Below, piece by piece: positions 12,494-25,150 of a stretch of DNA of 64,000 nt (its first letter is position 1; each line of letters begins with the position of its first letter). Both the position numbers and the translations under genes were made by a program. Below the pieces are notes generated by a model. That model saw only the letters and a list, made by a program, of their open reading frames with translations. It made no database searches and had not been told where the DNA came from. The DNA lies in the NCBI RefSeq assembly GCF_001194135.2, contig NC_068981.1:119094008-119158007 (forward strand). The letters run 5' to 3'. Source of the DNA: Octopus bimaculoides. Lineage: Eukaryota.

Positions 12494-13925
12494 TACAAGA
12501 AACAGAAGCGCAGACAGATACTGATTGGATGAGGAAACAGGACTCTAAGGAAAACACGTTGCTGCCACAAATTCAGCAGCGACAAGCAAACAGCCAAGCA
12601 TGATACTAATTGAGACTTCGACAGCAAAGAACTGACACAGAGAATGGCTATGGAAGTTGATGTGGCAGATTTTCATGAGAAAGAACGAAACCCAAGCCTT
12701 ATATTGCACTACTGTGGAAACATTTTTAACAGAATTTGCCCTGACTGCAATGCTTACCTTTGGGGTACTGATAAAACTACCCTCTGCCGTAGCAAAGGAA
12801 AAATTAACAATGACAAAATTCCACAGATAATAAAAACCCCTAGAATAAATAGCTAAGTACTATGACGCAGTCAAATGTTTCTAAACAAAATTTGTGACTA
12901 CAATAATTTACTGACTATGGCTTCACTTGGACTGGATAATCCACCAGCTGGACCACAGGGAGCACTTTTATGCCTACAAGATTCAAGAAAAGTTGTTCCA
13001 CCGCATAGGAAGTCTCCTACCAGCAGTAAATAGGAAGTCAGTCTACGCACAGCTATATTTCGTTGACACTGGAAATGAGACGAGAAACAGAATGTCATTT
13101 AGAGGAGATGACAATGACCTTAATGAGAACATCCTGCTAGACTTGCAGAGAGTACTGCATATGCACAATCCATATGTCAAAAGTTTTAAACAGGTTATTG
13201 ATATAATTAAGGAATACTCTGCGCAAGGACAATGTTCTACCGGTGATATTATTATAAGTCATGACAAACGGTTGATTCCTGCGGGTCACATGAGAGAACC
13301 TATAATCCACTGACTGCATCAGAAGTTGCTGTGATCATGGTGGGAGATGATACCAATAATCTAAACATTAAACCTGCGGATGTTGTTGTGCAGTACAGAG
13401 AGAACAATGGGAAGTTAGACTACATTAGTCAAATCCATGGAAGCTATGACCCTCTTCATTATGTCCTTCTGTTTCCCTATGGGGAAGATGGCTGGAATGT
13501 GCTCTTGAAAGACAATTACCAAAGCAAAAATATCACTGAATGTGACTTTTATTCTTAACGGCTTCAGGTAAAAAGGGACGAGTTCAATGGCATAATGAAA
13601 AGTAGACGTCTGATGCAACAATATGCAGTAGATCAATATGCAAAGATAGAGTAAAATCGATTACACTCCCTGAGAACTCATCAAAGACAGCTTAAGGCTG
13701 AAAGGTATCAGGGCCTTCTGGATGCTATTGCAAATGGTGACATGAATGACGTAGGGTCTAAAATCATTCTTCCGCCATCACATACTAGTTCTCCTCGATT
13801 TTACAGGGAGTGTTTCCAAGCTGGAATGGCTCTGGTGAGAAAGTTTGGAAAACCACGCTACTTCATCACTATGACAACCAACCCGAATCGGACTGAGATA
13901 GCGGAAGCCCTGTTTGGTTCTGGGA
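12494..13925 (+). mobile_element. Helitron Rep N-terminal remnant
   Basis: YAQLYFVDT, LQRVLHMHNPYVKSFK, YDPLHYVLLFPYGEDGW, RLMQQYAVDQYAKIE, KIILPPSHTSSPR..KFGKPRYFITMTTNP; multiple stops. Confidence 0.93.
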
Positions 13926-14299
13926 ACAATGAGAATATAATAGCTTTGGTTCTGGGGACAATGTGTATATATTGGCTTTGGATTCAGGGTATAAGGATAT
14001 GAAAGGAATCTACACTGACAACGTTGTCTATAAGGAAATTCTTTAAGAAAATTATNNNNNNNNNNNNNNNNNNNNNNNNNNNNNNNNNNNNNNNNNNNNN
14101 NNNNNNNNNNNNNNNNNNNNNNNNNNNNNNNNNNNNNNNNNNNNNNNNNNNNNNNNNNNNNNNNNNNNNNNNNNNNNNNNNNNNNNNNNNNNNNNNNNNN
14201 NNNNNNNNNNNNNNNNNNNNNNNNNNNNNNNNNNNNNNNNNNNNNNNNNNNNNNNNNNNNNNNNNNNNNTATATATATATATATGTATAGTGGTGAGAA

Positions 14300-15275
14300 A
14301 ACTATTTTGAAGAAGAATGAGAACTACATTTTTTTCCAGTTACGAAAATTATAATCGGAATTTCTTGTCGGTATGAATTGTGCTGAAATCAGTAAAGAAG
14401 CTGTAACAGTCTGTGGGATTATACAGAAAAATACTGAGTATTTTTGTTCAAGTCCTCAGAAATTGGAGGTAATAAAAGAACACCGTCCTATCTTACAGTA
14501 TACAATGTTTCTGGAGATCATATTGTTAAAGACAAGATGATCACCGAAAATTAACAGTGTAAGACCAATCGCATATCATTTGGATGTGACAAATGTAATA
14601 TAGTAAAGCTGAGTTAAGTTACCCAATTGACTGCATAGAGTCAGAAGGAATTATCCAATTATTAAAAAAATTGGGTATATTTGAATGTATACTGATATCA
14701 GCTACTTGGATTAAAGTTCTTACGTTAATCTATAATGTTAAAATGATAACACACTCTCGTGAGATGTGATAATTGACATCAATCGACTATGGGAATATGT
14801 CATGAAACAGATAGATTTAATGTTATATTTGAAAAAGCGCAGTATGTTTCAATAAGAATTCCTGTTTCAGATAATTAGCCATATGCAGGTGGTACCCAAT
14901 TCAAAAGGATATCGCAAATTGCTTCAGGTAAAAATGTTCTTCAACATTATTCACTTCGTTATCAATAGTCTTTCATATCGCTTTCCCGTAGTCAATGACA
15001 TTTGTACAGTTTTTCATTTACAGTTTATGTAGTTAGATGGGAATGAATTGGGACCAAAAATGAATAAGTTCCAAGTACGATACTCGAGTCAAATTTCAAT
15101 TGACATTCACAGTGAAGTACTATTTAGAATAATTTTTATGAGAATTTCAAACCAAAAATATTGGTAGTCAAATATTGAAATTGGGCTGGGGCAAATGTTT
15201 TCCCAAATATTTGCATCAGCAGCAAAGTGACTTCTAATGTCGGAAACGTCAATATCCTCGACGGAATTAAGTCAT
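14300..15275 (+). mobile_element. Degenerate hAT transposase remnant
   Basis: Decayed VGMNCAEISKEAVTVCGIIQK..FCSSPQKLEVIK, FECILISATWIKVL, and a C-terminal segment resembling the TxASxERSFS dimerisation motif. Confidence 0.65.
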
Positions 15276-15325
<50 letters not shown>

Positions 15326-16559
15326 AAAGAGAGAAAAGGATAAAGAGACCAATGGCAAAGTTAGAAATAAATTTTATGGATAAAGTCTTACAGCTTTAAG
15401 ACTTTACACGCTAATACACGACTTATGTTATATTCCCCACTCGTGTTTATACAACGAAAAGGGCAAAACTAGCCGGTATACAGCACTTACTTGGTATTAC
15501 CTGTATCTTTGGGTTTGGTCGAAACTAATACCCTTCATAACCTTATATATGTATATGTGTAAGTAGGTATATATGTATGCGTCTGTATACATATATACAA
15601 ACATATATACGTACATATATAATTTCACGTGGGATTGAGTAAGTTATCTACGATAGCCATATGATATAAACACTCAGCTCACGAAATCGTTAGTGCTCTT
15701 CAGAAAGATATGTTAGATATACAGTAATTAACTGAGGTCGGCTGTTTAAGTTTTAATTCCATTAGTACCATTTAAGTACTAATGTCCATTGATTGTTCTG
15801 CTTGTGTTAGAATTGATTACTACTGTATGTTTTGTTTATGAATTTGTAGAATGGAGAATATAACAGACTATGGAACTTAGTTCCATCCCTTTAGCTTCTG
15901 AGATCAAATTCCACCATGTTCATGTTTTCCTTTAATCCTTTATAGCTCGATTACAAAAGTATCAGTGAAATTATTGTTTGGATGTAATTGACTATAGTTG
16001 GTCCATTATGTGCCTATGTTAGAAATAATCATTATTGAAATTACCATGAAAGAAGTTACAAGTCAGACGTTTACTGCGTTGGATGCTATACGCAACAAAC
16101 AAACACACACACACACGTGCATGCATATACACACACATTTATTGTAAATGTATTTCATTTAAAATATAATTTGTTTCTTATCACTATAAAATTATAAGTT
16201 AATGAAAAACATTAGTCGAGATAAAATTTGAATTTATTTGTATTGATATTAATTTTCTAATTAAAATAAACACTTCAGATAACAGGAAAATAAAATAATA
16301 ATTATATTTCATTTAAAAATTAATTTGTTCTTATCATTAAAATAAATAGTCGATGTTAAGTTAAAAGGTATTTCTATGTTTCTTCTATGAATAAGTATTT
16401 CTACGGATATTTTTCGACGAATGCCTGTAATTGTATATATGTATGTATGGTATATTCTCTTTCTTGTTAATTTAGAATAAATTTTGACCGGCCGTCTGCT
16501 TGGTAGCAAGGTTGTAAAGGAAGACATTTTGTTTTCTTAGCAACGTTTAAACCTTAAGA

Positions 16560-16830
16560 AGGTCTTATAGTCCAGATATCGTGATCATTTGTAGTGTGTA
16601 CGTTCTCTCCCCAAGAACCCAAGTTCAGCCACATTTTGCTCCAGATGGGTTGGCATGTATCCTGTTGCTCCAACGATAATAGGTTTGAGGCTGAACGTGT
16701 ATCTTGGATACTGGATTTGCAAACCCATTATCAATGGTCCATAGATTTTTCCTCTTTCTCTTGTATTTTTCTAAGCACATTGGTGTCCAGAAGGCAGCTG
16801 ATTTCCACAACAGAACATATCTTTTCCTTA
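16560..16830 (+). mobile_element. Possible R4/Dong-like (REL endonuclease) LINE 3' remnant
   Basis: PDIVI-like segment at about 16570 and VQKAA...T.HIL-like segment at about 16785; heavily decayed. Confidence 0.35.
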
Positions 16831-17532
16831 TGTATGTATGTATGTATGTATGTATGTACGTATTTATGTATGCCATTCAGTTTATTTCAAGATTTCTTTC
16901 CAATAGAGAAAGAGCTGGTTTCTAACCTAGATCCAAGGCTCCTTCATTGGAATTTCAACACCAGCAACAGAGTATGCTTTCTTTGTATGTATGTATGATT
17001 GTATGTATTATGTATGTATGTATGTATGTATGATTGTATGTATTATGTATGTATGTATGTATGCATGTATGTATGTATGTATGATTGTATGTATGTATGT
17101 ATGTGCAGATTTGCATGTTTTATGTATGTATTCTCATGCATATAGTTGCATATCTAAACATGCTCATATATTTTAAATGATAAACTTCGAGGGCGTTTGC
17201 ATGGGTTAGTCGGTCATATCGACCGCATTATTTATTTCAATCTTGTACTTTTATCGATTCGTATTTATGGAACCACTAAATTATGGATGCTTAGTAAACA
17301 CGGACACATACACACACACTCAAATGCGTACATACATGAGTGTACGAATACACACGCACGCATTTACTTAAACACATGCTCACCCACATACTCACATGAA
17401 CACCAATATGTATCTGCATACATAAACGTACACACGTACATTTTATACACTCTAGTCCTCACACTTACCCACATGCACAACCCCATGCATGCACACTTAC
17501 ATACAAAGAGCGACAGATGCACTCAATCTGCC

Positions 17533-17579
<47 letters not shown>

Positions 17580-17819
17580 GACATCAACGAATTCCACAAA
17601 ACTGCAAATAGGTAAGAATGTGAATTTGAACATGCGAAAGTATGCAACAGATTGGACAGTAAATTGTGTGTCATTTGCAAATATATCCATACAGCAAGTA
17701 AGTTTATTAAATAATCCTTCCTACTTTCGACACAATGCCTGAAATATTGCGCGAGTGAACTAGTCGATTGTAAGAAGTAAAATCAATTCTAGCGCTTCTT
17801 TAGATGATGAACTTGTAAA

Positions 17820-17960
17820 TAGGAGCCAAGACTAGTGATTACTCAACTGGTACTTACTTCATCGACTCGAAAAGATGAAAGGCAAAATCAATGCCGGCGA
17901 AATTTAAATTCAGAACGTAAAGACGCACGAAATCCCGCAATATCCTCACCAGTCTGACAG
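17820..17960 (-). mobile_element. SINE family A copy
   Basis: Reverse complement of the family A core (aactggtact..atcgac..gaaaagatgaaaggcaaa..). Confidence 0.75.
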
Positions 17961-18028
17961 TCCTTAACGGCATTTCTTATAGTTCTTAAAGTTCTGAGTT
18001 CAAATCTCGCTGAAGTCTACTTTCAATA

Positions 18029-18226
18029 GGCGCGGGCATATGCACAGGTATGGCATATGCGCAGGTATGGCTGTGTGGTTAACAAGTTCACTTTGCAACC
18101 ACGTGGTTTCGGGTTCAGTCCCACTGCGCGGCACGTTGTGCAAGTGTTTTCTGCTACACCCACCTACCCTGATCGAGCCATCTCTTGTGAGTCAATGTAA
18201 TAGATGAAAATTGTATGAAAGACCTT
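18029..18226 (+). mobile_element. tRNA-derived SINE family B (ggcgcaggcatggctgtgtggtaagaag..gggttcagtcccactgcg..)
   Basis: B-box-like GGTTCAGTCCC; the head is shared with many copies in the window. Confidence 0.8.
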
Positions 18227-18268
18227 CGAATATGTATACATATATATGTATATATATGTGTGTGTACT

Positions 18269-18349
<81 letters not shown>

Positions 18350-18376
18350 NNNNNNNNNNNNNNNNNNNNNNNNNNN

Positions 18377-18417
<41 letters not shown>

Positions 18418-18472
18418 ATGATGGACTCTCTTGTATTCAGCGCATAAGGACCAAACAATTTTACTTTTTTTT

Positions 18473-19185
18473 TCACTTCCCATTTTGGTGTTTGTGTCTT
18501 CTGTGAGACTCCAGACATGCTTTGTTTTTGCAAACCAGACCGCATCCTTTACACACAAAGCTTTGAAAGGAAATTATATTCTTTCGACCTTGCTTTAGAT
18601 CACCTAGGTGCTTAATCCTTATATTGACATGGCACTTGATGCCTTTTTGACAGGTTTTTTTTCTCCACTTGTGACAGTCGGCAGCACATTCCTCAAATTC
18701 TGATGCTTTTATTCCAGTATGCTTGATATTCTTCAGCTTATCCTTGTATCTGAGAAGAGGTCTTCCCACATTTCGCACTTCCACCTCAAGTTGACCATAA
18801 GTAAGAATTTTCAGCAGTTTTTCATCGGTCATCCTAGCAACATGGCCAGCCTATTTTAATTGAGACTGCACCAGGAGGGCCTCTGTACTTTGTAGATGAC
18901 AATTATCAGACAACTGTTTATTAGAGACTTTTTCCTCCTGTCAAACCATAGATATTGCTATTCGCGATTCAGATCCATACAGAAATGTAGAAACGACAAC
19001 TGCGCAGTAAAGTGAGATTTTGGTTTCCAAATTCAATCTTCTCTCATTCTACACCCTTACTTCAGGCTTTCCAAAGGCATCAGCAGCCTTGGCGATCCCA
19101 TTTACAATTTCGTCATCTAAAGAAGCACTAGAATTGATTTCACTTCCTATGAATAAGTATGGGAAGGACTTCACATACTTTAGAG
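18473..19185 (-). mobile_element. RTE-clade LINE 3' part (continues at 22502-22570)
   Basis: GSEINSSASLDDEIVNGIAKAADAFGK, KILTYGQLEVEVRNVGRPLLRYKDKLK, and the terminal C2H2-like FVCKGCGLVCKNKACLESHRRH. Confidence 0.92.
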
Positions 19186-19334
19186 CTGTAGTTCTCAACC
19201 GGGGTTCATATGGCCCTTAGGGGGTCCATATAAGATTCCCTTCTCAAAATTTATCTGCAATAAAATTGCTTATACTTCTATTATACACAAAATATTTCAA
19301 CAATTCCTAATAATATTTAATTATAGAAATATAT

Positions 19335-20630
19335 GACCAGCAAACGCCTCCCGTCCACTGGACGGTGTAAGTTCGTGATAGGACTGGAGTCTAAAACAGT
19401 GTAATTCCGCTTCTGTCTATGCTTAAAACTGGGGATTATTTGACATAGTCGAGACGCTAAATCAAAAATGAATTGGTATTCAAAAAGGAACATGTTTTAT
19501 TTGCAGATATTGGGCATTAAAATGTGAAAATATGGAAAATTATCGTTCGGAATGCCGTTTAATTGACTGGATGGCTGAAGAATCGGTACAGAAAGCATAC
19601 ACAACATTTCCATGGACATGAAGACAATCTGTAAGACATATGAAATTACCTGAGGCATCTGGGAAGCTGTGCATTGAAATGAAAATATGCTTGACTTTAA
19701 CAACGAGCATTTGTTGGAAGATTAACATAACCTATCGTGAGGAGTAAATAGCTTGCCTCATTTACAAGTCGGTGCCGAACCTTTGAAGTCCCTGCTGCTC
19801 GGAGACCATCCAGATTCTGAATACTTTCTTCGGAATATAAGAGCCTACAATTCCGCTTTCCAAATTAAAGAATAAACAATGGGCATGTACGTGTCAAATC
19901 AAGTGAGTCACGCAAAAGTCGAAAAATACCGCTCACTTTTTTTTTTTTTTTTATTAGAAACTGTGAGCTAAAGTTTTCGATATTTGTCACCCAAAGTTTT
20001 AGATATTTGTTATCCACGTTCAATTACCAATCAGTTTGTTGTTTTCTACTGTCAATTGAATTTTGCTGTGAGAAAATATTCACACAGTTGATTGATCGCC
20101 AGTTAGTGCCATTTATTCGTTAAAGTTGATATTTTATTTCATTTTTACTTATTCAAAATAATTGCCTTGTCTTCTTACTCTTTTGTGCTTGCTTATTTAT
20201 TAAACACAGATTGACATGCCTGGATACACGTGTTCGAATACAGTTAATTCTAGAATGATATCAATTTTTACTGAAATTACATGATCTTTCATGAAATTGC
20301 TTAGAAAGCTTAATGCAATTAATGCTCTGATGCTGATTGGACGAACATAGCGGCTGTTCGTACGTGATTTGCGGAATGATAGCCAATAAGCGCTTCTGAA
20401 ATCGGATTTTCCATCAAGGATTTTTATTTAAAAAAGGCAAATCACACTTTGAAACTAAAGATTATGTTATGAAATTTAACTGATGCGTCCACTGTTATGT
20501 CTTTTACCTATGTGTAAAATTTCAGCACGATCAGTTGAAAAATACGGCCGTTATAATCATTTACACACACACGCACGCACACGCGCACACACACACACAC
20601 ACACACACACAGAACGGGATTTATATATAT
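19335..20630 (+). mobile_element. Non-autonomous Helitron/Helentron derivative
   Basis: 5' hairpin CCGTCCA-c-TGGACGG; internal Helitron ORF remnant (PEPLKSLLLGDHPDSEYFLRNIRAYNSAFQ at about 19775-19865); 3' end ..aaatttcagcacgatc..(CA)n..tttatatatat. Confidence 0.65.
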
Positions 20631-20632
20631 TA

Positions 20633-22404
20633 TACTGGTCTACAAGGTTTTTGGTGTTTGGGAAATAGACATCATTCCTATACAAAATCGGTCTCCTGAA
20701 TCCAAATGTAACCTTCTTTTTGACCTATCAGATCAAGTTTTTAAGTTATTGAGTCCTATAAGCACGTGGCCGACTGCTATTTTTGTAACCTAAATTTGAA
20801 GTGCGCTAACCGGAAAAATCGACAAAGGCTTGTCTATCCTGATCTTGCCTTTGCAATTAGACCGGTTCCACACAGTGAAGAGCTACCTGTTCCTGTTTTC
20901 AATGTCTTACCTCAGATAACTTTACCTTCAACTGAAGAAGATCCATCACCTGAAGATGAGACTAGAGATGAAGACTTTCCAGTTGAGACTTTACCTCAGC
21001 TATTCCCCCAGGTAGAGCTGAATGATCTAGTTCGTGACTTGAACCTTCAAAAAAATTCTGCAGAGCTGTTGGCTTCCCGACTAAAAGAGAAGAATCTTCT
21101 AGAGAATGCTGTCTGTATAACCTTTTATCGGAGTCGGCATGAAGAGTTCCTTTCTTTCTTCACAAAAGAGGAAGAGCTGGTTTACTGCAGAGATGTCAGT
21201 AGGCTTCTTAATGAACTTGACATTGAGGAATACAAACAATAGGAGTGGCGTCTTTTCATAAACCGCTCTAAGCGTAGTTCAAAATGTGCGTTGTTGCACG
21301 ACAGAAATGTGTACAACTCTGAAGGAAAAATATGAAGAAACTAGGTTGGTTTTAGAGAAGATACTTTATCATGATCATAAATGGATCATCTGCGTTGACT
21401 TAAAGATGGTGAATTTTCTCATGGGATTGCAATCTGGTTATACCCAAATACCCATGCTTTCTTTGCATGTGGGGCAGTAGAGACCGAGTAAACCACTATG
21501 TTAAGAAAGACTGGCCGCCTCGAACAAATATGGCTCCATGTAGAGCTGTTAATATATTGAAAGAACCTTTAGTTGAGTGAGATAAGATCATTTTCCCCCC
21601 TTTGCACATCAAACTCGGATTGATCAAGCAATTCGTCAAAGCTCTTGACAAAAATGGGGAGTGCTTCAAGTATATCTGCAGTATATTTTCAGACTTGACG
21701 ATTAGAAAACTTAAAGCAGGGATTTTGATGGACCACAGAACCGAAATATTTTGAAGGACACAAATTTCGTGAAAACGATGAGCGAAAATAAAGCATCAGC
21801 TTGGCTAGCCTTTGCAGAAGTAGTGCAAAATTTCCTTGGGAAATACAAAAGTGAAAACTATAAAAACCTTGTAACCAATTTGATATCACCTTTTCGTGAT
21901 ATTGGTGCGAATATGAGCATCAAATGCATTATCTGTTTAGTCATCTTGATCGTTTTCCTGAAAATCTCGGAGATGTTAGCAATTAATAAAGCGAACGATT
22001 CCAACAGGACATTAAGGAGATGAAAACTAGGTACCAAGGACGCTGTGATGATGGCAGACCATTGCTGGTGTTTAAAGCAAAATACACTTGTTGCTCAACA
22101 TTCACAGTGCACAAAGAAGCGTAAATTTATTCCTTGAATTTTCTGCCAAAAATCATTGCCAATATTCATTTTCAATTTTGAATTTTTATTTGTACTTTGT
22201 TTTGTTTTGTGTTACGCTCCTTTTATTGATTCATATTATATGGCTCTTGTATGAATAAAATACTTACTCTATCAGGTTTGGTCAGAAAACTAGACCTGAT
22301 AGAGAAAAACTGAAGTTATTTTTGAATTTAGCAGGCAAAATCATTTAAGAATTCATTGAAATATTCCAGGTACCAGAGAAAATTTTTTTTTTTGTTGCCC
22401 AATG
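20633..22404 (+). mobile_element. Full-length but degenerate Chapaev3-type DNA transposon
   Basis: Transposase motifs DLVRDLNL.KNSAELLASRLKEKNLL, WIICVDLKMVNFL, PPLHIKLGLIKQFVKAL, NMSIK..HLDRFPENLGDVS...RFQQDIKEM. Imperfect TIRs TACTGGTCTACAA / reverse complement CATTGGGCAACAA. 3-bp TSD TTA (20630-20632, 22405-22407). The family name is from recall. Confidence 0.8.
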
Positions 22405-22501
22405 TTATAGAGTTTGTTAAACATAGAATGGCTAGGAGGACCCATACGAGTAAAATAGGAATCAAAGGGATCCATAGGTAAAAAATGGTTGAGAAAGACT
22501 G

Positions 22502-22570
22502 CTTTAGAGGTTTGTTGTCCACAAGAAATTGGCTTGATGGCGTACTGTGCTGGGACCTGGGTAGTGTTAT
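22502..22570 (-). mobile_element. RTE LINE continuation upstream of the hAT insertion
   Basis: Removing 19186-22501 and one TSD copy restores QFLVDNKPLKYVKSFPYL. Confidence 0.85.
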
Positions 22571-23062
22571 ACCACCTTTTTAATAGATGTTAGTTTTGGC
22601 TGGTATGTTTTCTGTCTTTTTCACATTTATTATTAGTTCTGATGAGGAAAACCAGCTTAGAACTTCTTTTGCTTCTCAGAAAGAATTAGCTACTGGAGCC
22701 GCCTCATTTGCAAACAAGAAGTCTAAAAGCATTTCGTCCTAGTAAAAGTCTTACATACATACACTCACACACACACGTGTGTGTGAGTGTGTGTGTGTGT
22801 GTTTTTGTGTGTGTGTGTGCGTGCGTGTGTGTGGAGAGAGAGAGAGAGAGAGAGAGAGAAAAGTTGCATGAACTGTATCACGAATGTAACAGAGACACAA
22901 TGGACAGTTCAAATTCCAGGAAAATTAATGCTTACACCTCAGTTACATATTTAGTTGAGTAAATATATTCAACCTTTTTTGTTAAGTTTCTTTCATTGTT
23001 TCAAGGGTAATTCTATATTTTTTTAAACGAACATGTAATTCCATCTTATCAATGTTATAGAC

Positions 23063-23093
<31 letters not shown>

Positions 23094-23599
23094 TAGACAG
23101 ACATGNNNNNNNNNNNNNNNNNNNNNNNNNNNNNNNNNNNNNNNNNNNNNNNNNNNNNNNNNNNNNNNNNNNNNNNNNNNNNNNNNNNNNNNNNNNNNNN
23201 NNNNNNNNNNNNNNNNNNNNNNNNNNNNNNNNNNNNNNNNNNNNNNNNNNNNNNNNNNNNNNNNNNNNNNNNNNNNNNNNNNNNNNNNNNNNNNNNNNNN
23301 NNNNNNNNNNNNNNNNNNNNNNNNNNNNNNNNNNNNNNNNNNNNNNNNNNNNNNNNNNNNNNNNNNNNNNNNNNNNNNNNNNNNNNNNNNNNNNNNNNNA
23401 TATATATATATATATATATATATAAGGAAAAAGTCAAGGTAGAAAATGCTAAAATAATTTTATCATAAAAACATTTCAGTACTGGTTTCAGTCATTGAGA
23501 CTTTTTCAACTCTAAGTTTGGAAAACGATTAAACTTTGGAAAAATTAAATGAAAAATTTTTTTAAAGAATATTTGCAGAGTATTCAAATACAAAGGGCA

Positions 23600-23737
23600 T
23601 TTTCTGAGTTCAAATTCCACTGAGATCGACTTTGCCTTTCATCCTTTCGGGATTAATAAAATAAGTTGATTACTGGGGTCGATGTAATCGACTTACTCCA
23701 TCCCCGAAATTGCTGGCCTTGTACAAAAATTTGAAAC
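23600..23737 (+). mobile_element. SINE family A copy, cut at its 3' end by a TGTAG.. segment
   Basis: Family A core; the normal ..ttgaaaccaat end is replaced after ttgaaac. Confidence 0.8.
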
Positions 23738-24490
23738 TGTAGCGTACACTCAGTGAAATTCCTCTCCCCTTTATTATATATACGTACACTCGAACATAGC
23801 AGATACCAGCTAGCCTTTGGCTGCTATTTGGACCCCGTTGTGTCCACCACTCTGATTGGTTGGCATCGGCGCAATTTATCTCTTACTCTGTCGCGCCAAT
23901 CTGCAGCGTATAACCAATCGGAGTTCTAAATAAGATCACGTGAGACAACCTCTTCACAATCCTGCACAGGTTCCAACATAGCACTGTTTATGAAATACTT
24001 CACCTTGATTAACAGTGAATATACAACCTGCGAGAAGTGACTCAGGCAGCAGCAGCATTACAGCCACAACTTCATACAACACGTACTGCACCGTCTCGGC
24101 ATCATCGCCGCAACTTCTTGATACAGTATTTCTATTACCGTATACAATTGACTACGAACTGGTATTTCTCATTCATGTGTCTTTGAACATTCGTCTAACT
24201 TCTCATTATAGACTCTTTCACTGTCTTCTTTGCTATTCTTATATTTACTTAACGCACACGCATACATCCACGTCTATACACACATACATTTTGTTCTCAT
24301 GACGCCCTGTCTATTATTCTGTATACATGACGCACACACAGACACATGTTAACCCATCAATAAATGTTCTCTCTAAACCTACTCGGTTGTGTCTCTCTCA
24401 TTCTTCACTGGCACATTATATGTATTATTCCAGGCTTCTGAACGGAGTCGTTATTAGATGGTTTCACCACGTGAGACCACGACCATCTAT
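23738..24490 (+). mobile_element. Possible solo LTR-like / promoter-like segment
   Basis: Begins TGTAG; contains several CCAAT/ATTGG boxes, CACGTG twice and AATAAA at about 24358. No clean ..CA end or TSD was found. Confidence 0.3.
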
Positions 24491-24559
24491 AGAATCAATA
24501 TGTATGCATGTATACATCTGTCGCCCAGTTGAACTCTCTCATCCGTCCAATGAGTGCCT

Positions 24560-25150
24560 TTAGTTGTATGTACTCGGTTGCAGTCATCCACACAATATCT
24601 CCGGACTTTTTTTTTTTTACCGCTTAATCTGTGGAGAAAGGGAAGCATCTATGATCCTTTTTCAGGAACTCCGAGGCTGATAAAAGCCAGGAAGCTATTT
24701 GCTGTTCGGAGTTCGCAATCATTACCCAAATACTTGCAATACATTGGACTCTGCCAAATGCACCTAAGGAACAGGTTTTGAGTATTTTGTTTTTTTATTT
24801 TTGTTCGCTGCTTTCTCGAATTCCCATGACTCTCTGTTGCCATCCAATTCCATTATTATGAGTTTGAATTGGGAACTTGAATCATAGTGAATTTTTCATT
24901 AGCTGATTGCACAACCATGGACGGCACCCCCGTGGATGTGTTGCAGTTACTCTCTTAACAGAGCTTGGTGATCCTGACCATTGATCTTATAGGATTCCTC
25001 CGCTCAGTATCAATGTAAGAAACACCGTTGGCTCAGTTGAGATCTTGCTCTACCTCTTTACAAACCGCCATGCTGCAGTCCCATGACTTCGCCGTAACCT
25101 TGGCAAAGTGGCTGAACGGATACTATGTCTTACCAAAGGGCAGCCGATAA
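24560..25150 (-). mobile_element. Possible 5' UTR plus ORF1 start of an I/Nimb-like LINE
   Basis: MATESHGNSRKQRTK.. start and VKKKKSGDIVW resembling the ORF1 VKKLRSGDLL motif; frameshifted. Confidence 0.35.

Larger units (their letters stand above)
19186..22501. mobile_element. hAT-superfamily MITE carrying nested insertions
   Basis: Ends CTGTAGTTCTCAACC.. and ..GGTTGAGAAAGACTG, with an exact 8-bp TSD CTTTAGAG (19178-19185 and 22502-22509). Confidence 0.9.

Noticed and set aside
17197-17742. 181-aa His/Thr/Cys/Val-rich ORF
   Set aside because: Translation of degenerate (CA)n/(GT)n repeats.
20766-22023. Chapaev3 ORFs as a domesticated host gene
   Set aside because: Multiple in-frame stops and frameshifts with TIRs and TSD still present indicate a dead transposon copy.
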